This document shows positions 37,141 through 46,551 of a stretch of DNA of 64,000 nt, piece after piece; within the stretch, counting starts at the first letter, position 1; the number at the start of each line of letters is the position of its first letter. Origin of the DNA: Bdellovibrionales bacterium. GTDB lineage: Bacteria > Bdellovibrionota > Bdellovibrionia > Bdellovibrionales > JAGQZY01. The notes beneath the pieces are model-generated. The model did not search any database and had not been told where the DNA came from. It worked only from the letters and a program-made list of their open reading frames with translations. The stretch is taken from the NCBI GenBank assembly GCA_043757265.1, contig JAYUQP010000040.1:70449-134448 (forward strand). The letters are read 5' to 3'. The position numbers were made by a program, and so were the translations under genes.

Positions 37141-38010
37141 ATGAAGGGCATTATTTTGGCGGGTGGCAGTGGAACCCGGTTGTTTCCTACGACGCTTGCT
37201 GTGAGCAAACAGTTACTTCCTGTTTACGACAAACCGACAATTTACTATCCACTATCAACGCTGATGATCGCTGGAATTCGCGAAATATTAATTATCAGCA
37301 CGCCCCGCGACGTGCCCATGATTCGTTCATTGTTAGGCGATGGGCGAAAAATTGGGATTGAAATCTCATATGCGGTTCAAGAAAAGCCTGATGGAATTGC
37401 GCAAGCGTTTCTCATCGCGGACGAGTTTATCCGCGGGTCTTCGGTATGTTTAATCTTAGGTGATAATATTTTTTACGGCGAAAATATGCCGACAATGCTC
37501 CAAGAAGCGACGAAGCTGCAATCGGGAGCCGCGGTTTTTGCCTATCGTGTAAATGATCCTGAAAGATACGGAGTGGTGGAGTTCAACGAGGCGGGTAAAG
37601 CTGTCAGTATCGAGGAAAAACCGCGCGAGCCGCGATCCAGCTGGGCGGTGACTGGACTTTATTTTTACGATCAGGAAGTAACAAAACATGTGCGCAGTTT
37701 GCGGCCTTCAAAACGCGGTGAAATTGAAATTACAGATTTAAATTCGCTCTACTTAAATGAAAAGACTTTGAAAGTTTATACCTTGGGACGCGGGGTTGCT
37801 TGGCTAGATACAGGAACGGATGATTCCCTCTTGGATGCTGCTCAATTTGTGCACACGATAGAAAAACGCCAAGGGCTCAAAATTGCATGTCTTGAGGAGA
37901 TTTCTTTAGAAAAAGAGTTCATTTCGAAAAATGATTTTAGTAAGCTTGCAGACGAAGCGCCGATGAGTGGTTACGGGATGTACCTAAAGAAAATCGCCAG
38001 TCGTTTTTGA
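37141..38010 (+). CDS. rfbA: Glucose-1-phosphate thymidylyltransferase
   Basis: N-terminus MKGIILAGGSGTRLFP and, further on, AWLDTGT. Confidence 0.95.
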   Translation: MKGIILAGGSGTRLFPTTLAVSKQLLPVYDKPTIYYPLSTLMIAGIREILIISTPRDVPMIRSLLGDGRKIGIEISYAVQEKPDGIAQAFLIADEFIRGSSVCLILGDNIFYGENMPTMLQEATKLQSGAAVFAYRVNDPERYGVVEFNEAGKAVSIEEKPREPRSSWAVTGLYFYDQEVTKHVRSLRPSKRGEIEITDLNSLYLNEKTLKVYTLGRGVAWLDTGTDDSLLDAAQFVHTIEKRQGLKIACLEEISLEKEFISKNDFSKLADEAPMSGYGMYLKKIASRF

Positions 38011-38055
38011 TCAACATAAATATAGCAATATTAAGTGCTATTAGAATAAGTCTTG

Positions 38056-39357
38056 ATGGAAAAATTAGTTAATAGGTCGGGAGACGAATATCTTGTTTGT
38101 GGAGAAGGCTATTTTCCGCTCACTTCCAATCTATGCTCTATTTTAAGTAAAATGGAAGAAGGCCCCGAGGTTTTTTACTGGGATGATCTAGTTTTAACCT
38201 ACGATTCGTATCTTCACCCAAGGCTCGAGGTGATATCGCTAAACTTGGACGACCCATACCTCCTGCAACAATGGATACCTAAATCCAAAGTAGCTATCAA
38301 AAAAACCCTTTTAGCAAATAATCTAAACACACCCGCTCAAATTCTACGGTCTCAGCGGGTTAAAAAAACAAAATTGGACGGCGTTTTTCGCTATGTAGAC
38401 GATTATCAAAAAGCCTTTGCTTTGGAAAATACAATTTATCCGTCGCAAAAAGCCAATTCGGTAAGCATCATTGTGAACTACAAAGATGGATTGGAACTGA
38501 TGGAACGGTTCTTACGCTCTCTCTCCCAACAGATAATATGTAAAGATGTTGAATTACTTCTCGTAAATAATCAGTCAAAAACCGAGGTCTTTTCGCAGGT
38601 AAAAGGGCTTTGTGACCAGCTTCTAAATCAAAAAATAAGCGTTAAACACATTGTTTATGATGCCCCCTTTAATCACAGTGAACAAAATAACGTGGCCGCT
38701 CAACAGGCAAACGGCGAGGTTTTACTATTTATCAATAATGATGCCTGCTTTCTTGATAAAAATGTTGTCGAGCAAATCAGTAATTGGGCCATGGAGCCAA
38801 ATATCGCCTCTGCCGGTGTGAGTATTTTAGGTCTAAACGAAAGAGTTGTATCCACAGGCATTGCCGTTTCTAAGCACATTCTTTATCCCGATACCTACGT
38901 TGTGCACGAAACTGACCGTCCTTTTTTAAAAGATTTCATACATGAAACGGTTGGCAACACCTTTGCTTGTGCAGCTGTTAGTAAAACCGTTTGGGAAAAG
39001 ATTGGTGGTTTAGATGGAACTGCATTTCCCACACAATATAACGATGCTGATTTTAGCCTAAAATGTTTAGAACAGGGATTAAGTCATGTATCTGTGGGCT
39101 CTTCGAAAGTGTTCCATGAACCAGGTGCTTCCGAGGAGCGAAATAAGCCAAAGCTGCGCGAAGATCATAAGCGCCTTTGCAAATTACATCCAAAAATGTC
39201 AAATTTTTCTTCGAAAGAACTAACTACACGAACCGTACAATGGCAGGATTTTCAATTTCATTTTACACTTAACGTGTTTCTGGTGTCCGTTGGGCTGCTG
39301 GAAAGATTCAATTACAATTGGACACGCGTTAAAAGAAAAATAGCCTCTCTATGCTAA
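38056..39357 (+). CDS. Family 2 glycosyltransferase with an N-terminal extension of about 130 aa
   Basis: Contains SVSIIVNYKDGLELMERFLRSL, FINNDACF and TQYNDADFSLK. ATG at 38056; the track uses TTG at 38053. Confidence 0.8.
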   Translation: MEKLVNRSGDEYLVCGEGYFPLTSNLCSILSKMEEGPEVFYWDDLVLTYDSYLHPRLEVISLNLDDPYLLQQWIPKSKVAIKKTLLANNLNTPAQILRSQRVKKTKLDGVFRYVDDYQKAFALENTIYPSQKANSVSIIVNYKDGLELMERFLRSLSQQIICKDVELLLVNNQSKTEVFSQVKGLCDQLLNQKISVKHIVYDAPFNHSEQNNVAAQQANGEVLLFINNDACFLDKNVVEQISNWAMEPNIASAGVSILGLNERVVSTGIAVSKHILYPDTYVVHETDRPFLKDFIHETVGNTFACAAVSKTVWEKIGGLDGTAFPTQYNDADFSLKCLEQGLSHVSVGSSKVFHEPGASEERNKPKLREDHKRLCKLHPKMSNFSSKELTTRTVQWQDFQFHFTLNVFLVSVGLLERFNYNWTRVKRKIASLC

Positions 39358-40424
39358 AAAAAACTCGGAAGTATGAGGTATGTTTTTTATTTCAGCTTGC
39401 GCAAGATCTTGATTTACTTTTTCCCCTCATGGAAGAACTGAAATTAAAAAATAAAACTTTCTGCTGCTTAGTCTTAAATAAAGTAATTGATAAATCACCA
39501 AGAATCCTAAAAGCCCTTCGAAGCTTGGATGTTGATTATACAGTAGCATCGCAGAGCCAATTTTGGCGGATATGCAAAACAATTATGTTTTCGCAAAAAA
39601 TTATATCCGCTGTCGAGACAAGTGCGAGAGCCCATAAGTTTGCGCACAGATGTACAAAAATTTCTCGCATCTTGGGAAAGAAAACGTTTACTTTGCAGCA
39701 TGGTTTTGAAAACATTGGGCTTACCTACAGTGATAAGGAATTTCCTATAGAGAAAATTAGTATCGCTTCAGATTCTATACTCATCTGGGGTAATGCCTCG
39801 ACGTTACATAAAAACATCTCAGATCAAACTAGGAGAAAATGCACTTCAGTAGGTTGTGCAAAAACCTACCCATCGAAAGCGCAGCTTCACTTTGGAAATA
39901 AATTTGTGGTTACGTTTTTTGAAAATCTCCATTGGAATAGATATAGCAACCTCTATCGGGAACAATTTCTCAAAGATTTGCATACTTTGTCGGAAACGTA
40001 CCCAGAAATTCAATTTCTACTTAAATCCCACCATGCGGGACAATGGACCACTAAAAATAAAAAAAACCATCCCAAGTTTTTGACTAACGTCATGATCTTA
40101 GACCCAACCGACCCTCGTTGGGAGCCGCATACGGGACCCGAGTATATCCTGGTTTCAAATCTAATTGTGACAACACCGTCCACGATCGCATGTGATGCTG
40201 CGGTCATGGGGAAACCTGTGGTTGTTGCGGCCTATGATCTTGATCTGGAAGCCTATAAACCACTTCCCCTGATGCGTAAAATAGAAGATTATTGCGCTGT
40301 AATCGAAGATGTGATGGCGGGCAACAAAGGCTATCAGCAATATGCGGAAGCATTCATAACTAAAAATTTAGTCAACACCAGTGCAGCCGAGAAAATGGTA
40401 AACCTTATTTTAAGTGAGATTTGA
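39351..40424 (+). CDS. Hypothetical protein, possibly a GT-B-like transferase (TagF/KpsS-like features)
   Basis: Contains LQHGFENIG, LLKSHHAG and VTTPSTIACDAAVMGKPVVV. The assignment is weak. Confidence 0.35.
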   Translation: MLKKTRKYEVCFLFQLAQDLDLLFPLMEELKLKNKTFCCLVLNKVIDKSPRILKALRSLDVDYTVASQSQFWRICKTIMFSQKIISAVETSARAHKFAHRCTKISRILGKKTFTLQHGFENIGLTYSDKEFPIEKISIASDSILIWGNASTLHKNISDQTRRKCTSVGCAKTYPSKAQLHFGNKFVVTFFENLHWNRYSNLYREQFLKDLHTLSETYPEIQFLLKSHHAGQWTTKNKKNHPKFLTNVMILDPTDPRWEPHTGPEYILVSNLIVTTPSTIACDAAVMGKPVVVAAYDLDLEAYKPLPLMRKIEDYCAVIEDVMAGNKGYQQYAEAFITKNLVNTSAAEKMVNLILSEI

Positions 40425-40425
40425 G

Positions 40426-41313
40426 ATGGCAGTAAAAAAGATATTTGTCGGAACAGATTCGAGTCAGAAGTTGGCTGTCAAAGTGCTTGAATATACCATC
40501 AAAAAGTATGCTTCGGAGGACGTCGAAGTTATTCCTATGTGTGATCTGCCGTTGCCTGTTCCCAAATCGAAGCTTAATCAGCAAAAAACTGGGTTTTCTT
40601 TTAGCCGGTTTTGTATACCGCAGTTTATGGAGTACCAAGGCAAAGCGTTGTATTTGGATGCCGACATGATCGTGCTTTCGGACATTATGGAGCTATTTAA
40701 TTGGCCCATGGAAAACCACCATATTTTGATCCAGAAAAACTTGAAACTCAATGAGTCAAAAAGAAACAAAAAAGTTACAAATGCAAAAAAACGAACTCGG
40801 CAATGCTCGGTGATGGTGATTGATTGTGAAAAGTGCCACTGGGACATCAATGCAATTGTAAATGACCTTGATAGTGGAAAGTACAACTACTCGCAATTAA
40901 TGCACGAAATGTGCCTCGTCGAAGATAGCAACATTGGCGAAGTACTTCCATTTACATGGAACAGTTTGGAGTATTACGACGATAAAACTCAGTTGCTTCA
41001 TTACACGGACATGAACACCCAACCTTGGGTAAGCAGTTTTAACAAAAACGCCGATGTTTGGTACGGTGCTGTTTTGGAGATGCTTCACAACGGAATTGTT
41101 ACAGAGAAAGAAATTATTGCCGAAATAAATGCTGGATATTTTCGTCCGTCACTTCTTGTTGATATCCATCGGCACCAGAACGTCCCGTCGGCGGTGAGAG
41201 TTTTTTGGAATCTTTGGATGAAGGGGATTGACCTGTCTAAAGGATATGCACGCCATCGGGAAGTGGTGGCGCGGGTTGCCCAAATTAAAAAAGAAATGGC
41301 AGTAAAAAATTAA
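40426..41313 (+). CDS. GT8-like nucleotide-sugar glycosyltransferase (paralog A)
   Basis: N-terminus MAVKKIFVGTDSSQKLAVKVLEYTIKK, then YLDADMIV (DxD) and LHYTDMNTQPW. Clearly homologous to 46525..47502. Confidence 0.6.
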   Translation: MAVKKIFVGTDSSQKLAVKVLEYTIKKYASEDVEVIPMCDLPLPVPKSKLNQQKTGFSFSRFCIPQFMEYQGKALYLDADMIVLSDIMELFNWPMENHHILIQKNLKLNESKRNKKVTNAKKRTRQCSVMVIDCEKCHWDINAIVNDLDSGKYNYSQLMHEMCLVEDSNIGEVLPFTWNSLEYYDDKTQLLHYTDMNTQPWVSSFNKNADVWYGAVLEMLHNGIVTEKEIIAEINAGYFRPSLLVDIHRHQNVPSAVRVFWNLWMKGIDLSKGYARHREVVARVAQIKKEMAVKN

Positions 41314-41343
41314 TGGCTTTTATCTTTTACCAAAGAAGAACTT

Positions 41344-42222
41344 ATGAATAAATTTGATAAAATTCTCGTTTTCGGGAAACACGGTCAATTAGCTCAATCT
41401 ATCTGCGATGTATTTGAGGGTTACAACGTGATTTTTGTTTCACAAAAGGATTTGGATTTGCGTGTCACCGAAAGCATCGTTGCCTTTGTGAATACACAAA
41501 AGCCGTCACTAGTTATTAACGCCGCAGCCTACACCCAGGTGGATCTTGCGGAGTCAAACAGATATGAAGCCGAGCTTATCAATGCTCGCGCGCCGCAAAT
41601 GATGGCCATGGCTTGCGAAGACCTCAGCATTCCGTTGATTCATTTTTCGACGGACTACGTATTTGATGGAAAAAAAACCGAACCCTATGTGGAAACTGAC
41701 AGTCCTGGTCCACTCAGCGTTTACGGCAACTCCAAACTTTTAGGGGAAGAGGCGATTAAAAGGCATTGCGAAAAACATCTCATTTTTCGCGTCAGCTGGT
41801 TGTATTCCGAATTTAGCAAAAATTTCTTTTTAACCATGCTGCGGCTGGGTACGGAGCGTCAGCTGCTCAAGGTCGTGAATGACCAGGTGGGAGCTCCCAC
41901 CTACACCGGTGTGATTGCAAAAATGCTTTTAGAGACGCTTCCTGAAATTAACAACAATTGGGGCATCTATCACTTTGCCAACAAGGGCAGAGCAACGTGG
42001 TATGATTTTGCCGAAGAGATTTTTTCGCAGGCAAAACTAAATGGAATTCGTCTAGTTGTCGATAAAGTCGAACCTATTGGCACCAGCGATTACGCGACTC
42101 TAGCAACGCGGCCTGTGAATTCTCAGCTTAACACAACAAAATTTGAAAGCGCATTTAGTTACCGTCCTACGATGTGGAACGATGCACTAAGTACTTGTTT
42201 TTCGGCCTACATGCGAAGATAA
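41344..42222 (+). CDS. rfbD: dTDP-4-dehydrorhamnose reductase
   Basis: Contains ILVFGKHGQLA, YGNSKLLGE and FRVSWLY. Confidence 0.92.
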   Translation: MNKFDKILVFGKHGQLAQSICDVFEGYNVIFVSQKDLDLRVTESIVAFVNTQKPSLVINAAAYTQVDLAESNRYEAELINARAPQMMAMACEDLSIPLIHFSTDYVFDGKKTEPYVETDSPGPLSVYGNSKLLGEEAIKRHCEKHLIFRVSWLYSEFSKNFFLTMLRLGTERQLLKVVNDQVGAPTYTGVIAKMLLETLPEINNNWGIYHFANKGRATWYDFAEEIFSQAKLNGIRLVVDKVEPIGTSDYATLATRPVNSQLNTTKFESAFSYRPTMWNDALSTCFSAYMRR

Positions 42223-42231
42223 CTAGCGGTC

Positions 42232-43602
42232 ATGCAAAAAGGGATAAAGCTACGCAGAATTGCTTGGAAATTATCTCGCCTCACATCCAAAGTGGCGAGC
42301 GTGCGCTATCGTTGTTTTTTGCCAGCAAAGTTTCTTCGACGTCACGGGGTCCATTCGACGTTTTTTCAAGCAAAAGATACAATTGATTTTTCTTGCTTCG
42401 ATGCGATCGTTTTTGTGAAAACTTTCACCGATTACGACAATTATTTGGCTCAGAAAGCGCAAGATCATGGCGTTAAGATCTTTTTGGACGTTTGTGACAA
42501 TCCGTTTTTCGTATCAAACGACTTGAAAAAAAATGCCGCGCAGTATTCCCACCTCATCCAAATGGCCACGATCGCGCAGAAAATATTTTGCCCAACACTC
42601 GAACTCAAGTTGGCGTTAGCCAAAGAAATTTCAGAACATAAAATCTGTGTGTTACCCGATCCCATTGAAGAAAAAAACCATAGTTTTGAATTTGCAAAAA
42701 AGATTCCAGGATATTATCTGGCTCGAATTTTTCACAGTGGGCGCTTTGCCATATTTTTTCTTTATGTTTTGCGAGTTATACAAGCTGTAAGTTCACGCCG
42801 GCGTTTGCGACCCATTCTGCTCAAAGTATGGGATTTTTGGGTAACAAAAATATGTACGATTTTTGATGTATTCGTTCTACTCTCGGTGAAGTTCGTTGCT
42901 CGTGCTATATTATTAGTCGTACCGAGTTCTGTAGGAAGTGTCTTCGAACAGGGTCGACTTAGTCCCGAGGCTGAAACTGAAACCCGTCCGGCAAAGCAAA
43001 AAATGCAGCTTGTTGAATTCGAGCAGTTGCAAGGACCGGTACTAGGGTGGTTTGGCAACTGCGGCAGTCCTGGTGTTTTTGGCATATCCGATCTTTTAAT
43101 TTTAAAAAACGATCTGGAAAGGCTGAGTAAAGCTAAAGGATCGACGCTTCTGGTTGTTACAGATAATCCTCTGCAGTTGTCATTGTTTTCGCAACTAGAT
43201 CTCAAAATATGTTTTGTAAAATGGGATTTGACGACAATTTATGCTGCTATCCAAAAAATGGAAATTGTTCTACTTCCCAATCGAAAAAATGAATTCAGCA
43301 TCTGCAAGTCCCCAAATCGTGCGATTTTTGCACTTTTATTGGGAAAGCCTGTAGTGATTACGTCGAATCAATCTAATGAGTTTTTGAATGATTGCGTGCT
43401 GAGAGCAGGAGACTGGTATAGTGCAATTTGCGATTACCTAGAAAATCCTGACAAAGTCGCTGATCATGTAGAGCGCTCGCGCAAAATCATCTTGCAAACA
43501 CTGTCTCCAGATATTTTAGGAAATAAATGGTTTGATGAACTCACAAGTAATGAAACGCAACAAGCATTTAATGTTCAGGTGGCAAATGTTATTCACTCGT
43601 GA
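42232..43602 (+). CDS. GT-B-like glycosyltransferase with an internal hydrophobic/charged insertion
   Basis: N-terminal VRYRCFLPAKFL...IFLDVCDNPF and C-terminal CKSPNRAIFALLLGKPVVITS. The insert is about 100 aa and has two hydrophobic helices. Confidence 0.45.
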   Translation: MQKGIKLRRIAWKLSRLTSKVASVRYRCFLPAKFLRRHGVHSTFFQAKDTIDFSCFDAIVFVKTFTDYDNYLAQKAQDHGVKIFLDVCDNPFFVSNDLKKNAAQYSHLIQMATIAQKIFCPTLELKLALAKEISEHKICVLPDPIEEKNHSFEFAKKIPGYYLARIFHSGRFAIFFLYVLRVIQAVSSRRRLRPILLKVWDFWVTKICTIFDVFVLLSVKFVARAILLVVPSSVGSVFEQGRLSPEAETETRPAKQKMQLVEFEQLQGPVLGWFGNCGSPGVFGISDLLILKNDLERLSKAKGSTLLVVTDNPLQLSLFSQLDLKICFVKWDLTTIYAAIQKMEIVLLPNRKNEFSICKSPNRAIFALLLGKPVVITSNQSNEFLNDCVLRAGDWYSAICDYLENPDKVADHVERSRKIILQTLSPDILGNKWFDELTSNETQQAFNVQVANVIHS

Positions 43603-44374
43603 AGCCTTAAAATTTGGTTACTACCTAGCAAAAAGAGATATTTCTTCTACGTATTCACGATCAATCGGTGGAGTTGCTTGGCTCATCATTAGTCCATTAA
43701 TGGCTTTGGCAATTTATGGTTTCGTTTATGGTCGGGTGCTCCGGGTAGGCTGGTCAGATCCAACATCCGGTGACTCACTTGGCTTTTTATTGCCTTTTTT
43801 TTGTGGGTTCGCTCCCTACGTCTTATTTAATGAGGCGTTAAATAACTCTACAAATGCACTTTTATCCAAACGCAGTTTAATCACTTCGAGTAAAATTCCG
43901 CTTATTTCTTTCGTCGTCTCTGTTCTCGTGAGAACCGGCTTCAGTGCTGTATTGCAGCTTTGTGTGTTGTTGCTTTTAAGCATCTATTTTAATCGATTTT
44001 TCTATTACACTGTTCCAGGGTTTCTAATTGGGTTTTTATTTTTATTTTTCTTCATCACGCCGATCAGCATGATCTTTGCTATCCTTGCTCCCTTTGTTTC
44101 TGATCTTAAAGAGACAACACGAGTGATCGTCCGGTTTGCCTTTTATCTTACGCCGATAGCTTACCCCATCACACTAGTATCCGAAGAGTTTCGGAAGTAC
44201 CTGTACATCAATCCTTTAACTTCCATCGTCGAATTTTTTCGCTACCCAATTTACGAAAATCCGTTCGTGTTTCAAATGTGGATGCTATCGTTTGTTGGTG
44301 TTTGCGTTATGTTATGGGTTGCAGCTTTTGTACTCTTTTCAAAACTTTCGCGAGCGGTGACAGATGTTCTCTAA
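43532..44374 (+). CDS. wzm: ABC-2 type polysaccharide exporter permease (Wzm/TagG-like)
   Basis: Contains LAKRDISSTYSRSIGGVAWLIISP and six TM segments. Start is ambiguous (candidate ATGs at 43532, 43550, 43571 and 43586). Confidence 0.85.
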   Translation: MMNSQVMKRNKHLMFRWQMLFTREALKFGYYLAKRDISSTYSRSIGGVAWLIISPLMALAIYGFVYGRVLRVGWSDPTSGDSLGFLLPFFCGFAPYVLFNEALNNSTNALLSKRSLITSSKIPLISFVVSVLVRTGFSAVLQLCVLLLLSIYFNRFFYYTVPGFLIGFLFLFFFITPISMIFAILAPFVSDLKETTRVIVRFAFYLTPIAYPITLVSEEFRKYLYINPLTSIVEFFRYPIYENPFVFQMWMLSFVGVCVMLWVAAFVLFSKLSRAVTDVL

Positions 44375-45530
44375 TGCAGAAATTTTAAGAGTCGAAAATG
44401 TTTGCAAGAATTTTTTAATCTCTTCGTCAACGCTTGGACATTTGTATTTGGCTTTGTTCAACAAAAAGCGCAAAGCAGATAAAATTGTTAAGGTTTTGAA
44501 TAATATTTCTTTCTCTGTAAAGCGCGGAGAAACCGTGGGAATAATGGGACGAAACGGTGCTGGAAAAAGCACCCTTCTTTCGATTATTTGCGGGGTGATT
44601 CCGGCAACTGCAGGGGAAGTGACAAGACATTGTTCAATTTCTGCGTCGCTAAATGTAGCCTCTGGGTTTAGTCCAGATTTTACAGGGCGACAAAATGCAC
44701 ATGTGTTTTGCAATCTCCATAACATTCCTGCCGACCAGATTGATGAGATGGTCCAAAAAATTTCCGAATTTTCCGAACTCAAAACTTACTTTGATATGCC
44801 AGTAAGAACTTACTCATCAGGAATGCGAGCACGATTGTCCTTTGCTTGTAGTGCATTTGTACGTGCCGATCTAATTATTGTTGATGAGACACTTTCGGTC
44901 GGAGATGCGGCTTTTAAAATAAAATGTTTAGATCAAATTCGAAACATGCAAACTGCAGGTCAAAGTTTTTTAATTGTCAGCCACAGCCCCAATATGATCT
45001 CGGCCTACTGCTCCCGAGTTATGATCATTGATAAGGGCAGCATTGTTCATGATGGAGATGCGTTACAGGGCATACGAATGTACAAACAGGTGACGTCTCA
45101 ACACTTAGATCCCGGCGCAATGTCCTTTAAAAAGACTGAAGATTTTTTTGAACGACCTGAAATTACGATGAGTGACGAGCAGGGTGTTCTTAAATTCAGC
45201 TGCAAATATAAAAATACGGGCCATTACAGAGTCAGTATCGCGCTAAAAAATATGGAAGGTATCACCGTTTCGGGCTTTGCCATAGATGAGGTTGTCACTG
45301 AACAGGAGTTAGCCCGTTCGATTGCTTATGAGTTTAATTTTTTGAATTGTTTAGGAGACGGACAGTACTTTTTCGATGGCAATCTATATCTTATAGAAAA
45401 TGACGAAAAATCGTTACTGAAAATATATCCTAATTTTTTCGGTTTTCATCACACCCAACCCCCGTCAACTCTGCAAAGTCAGCACGCTGGTCTAGTGAAT
45501 ATTTTTACAAATGCAAGTCGAATAACGTAA
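44364..45530 (+). CDS. wzt: Polysaccharide ABC exporter ATPase with a C-terminal glycan-binding-type extension (Wzt/TagH-like)
   Basis: Walker A GRNGAGKST, signature YSSGMRARL and Walker B LIIVDE. A beta-rich C-terminal domain of about 140 aa. Confidence 0.85.
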   Translation: MFSNAEILRVENVCKNFLISSSTLGHLYLALFNKKRKADKIVKVLNNISFSVKRGETVGIMGRNGAGKSTLLSIICGVIPATAGEVTRHCSISASLNVASGFSPDFTGRQNAHVFCNLHNIPADQIDEMVQKISEFSELKTYFDMPVRTYSSGMRARLSFACSAFVRADLIIVDETLSVGDAAFKIKCLDQIRNMQTAGQSFLIVSHSPNMISAYCSRVMIIDKGSIVHDGDALQGIRMYKQVTSQHLDPGAMSFKKTEDFFERPEITMSDEQGVLKFSCKYKNTGHYRVSIALKNMEGITVSGFAIDEVVTEQELARSIAYEFNFLNCLGDGQYFFDGNLYLIENDEKSLLKIYPNFFGFHHTQPPSTLQSQHAGLVNIFTNASRIT

Positions 45531-45540
45531 AGGATCTAAA

Positions 45541-46551
45541 GTGGTCGGGTATCTAAGGTTTTTTCTAGCATCTTTGGTTGTGTATTCGCATCTGAACTTT
45601 CCTCTGTGGAGTATTTTTGGATTCAGAATCAACCAAGGTGTGTTTGCAGTTTTTTGCTTTTATATAATATCCGGATTCTTCACGGCCTTGATTTACGATC
45701 GTTTTAAAAACAGTGCAAACCGTATGGTTGAATTTTATTATGATCGAATTCTGCGACTTGTTCCGTTATTTTGTGTGGTCATGTGCCTTGTGTTCATTGC
45801 TAATTTGATAATATATCAACCAAGCTTAGGTATAGCGCCTGAGTACGCTAAAAGTTTTAAGCACCTGTTGCTCTCATTTCTTCAGCCGCTCAACGGGGTT
45901 GTAGGGTTTTTATTAGCTGGAGATTTTCCTTTCGGCGCTTATGCCCGCGTTACACCAGCCCCCTCTTTAGCACTGGAAGTTAAATATTTTTTTATATTTC
46001 CTTTTTTAATGATGCTTCGAAGTCCGCACCTAAAAGCAATTATGGTCGCAGCCGTTGTTTGTACAATCTACTGTATTTATCGGCAATATACTGACTTGGC
46101 TGAGAGTTTTACGTACCGTTACCTTTTTGGGACACTTCCGCTATTTCTTACCGGATTTATGATCTATCGACAAAAAAAGGGTTTAGAGATATCCCGGTTT
46201 TTTAAGGTTGAATATTTCGCCGCCGGCATAGCTTTCACCTATTGTTGTGTGATGCTCTTGCTGCGCATTGATCACACCCCTTGGGTTGGGGAGACTGCGC
46301 TTGCGTTGTTGCTTTGCCCGGCAGCTCTTATTTACCTGTTAAAATTCAAGTCGGGAAAAACAGACCACCTGGCTGGCTATTTGTCATACGGAATTTTTCT
46401 TGTGCATATTCCGATTATTCATTTTTTAGATCTGAAACAAGCTCGAGCTGACTATTTTTTAGCAGTTATTGTGCTGGCGTCAGTGCTTTCGTTTGTGCTT
46501 CATCATCTTGTCGAGCGGCCCGTATTAAGGATTCGTCACCGAAAAGTGTAA
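45541..46551 (+). CDS. Acyltransferase-3 family membrane O-acyltransferase (no SGNH domain)
   Basis: GTG start. 336 aa with about 10 TM segments. Contains LASLVVYSHL and a C-terminal ERP motif. Confidence 0.75.
   Translation: MVGYLRFFLASLVVYSHLNFPLWSIFGFRINQGVFAVFCFYIISGFFTALIYDRFKNSANRMVEFYYDRILRLVPLFCVVMCLVFIANLIIYQPSLGIAPEYAKSFKHLLLSFLQPLNGVVGFLLAGDFPFGAYARVTPAPSLALEVKYFFIFPFLMMLRSPHLKAIMVAAVVCTIYCIYRQYTDLAESFTYRYLFGTLPLFLTGFMIYRQKKGLEISRFFKVEYFAAGIAFTYCCVMLLLRIDHTPWVGETALALLLCPAALIYLLKFKSGKTDHLAGYLSYGIFLVHIPIIHFLDLKQARADYFLAVIVLASVLSFVLHHLVERPVLRIRHRKV

Noticed and set aside
42762-43205. 147-aa minus-strand ORF opposite the insertion region of the 456-aa GT-B-like gene
   Set aside because: It has no RBS or motif, and the + strand frame is continuous through the region. 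It is kept in mind only as a caution that the insertion is compositionally odd.
44339-44782. 147-aa minus-strand ORF opposite the Wzt Walker A region
   Set aside because: It is a shadow of a clear ABC ATPase gene.
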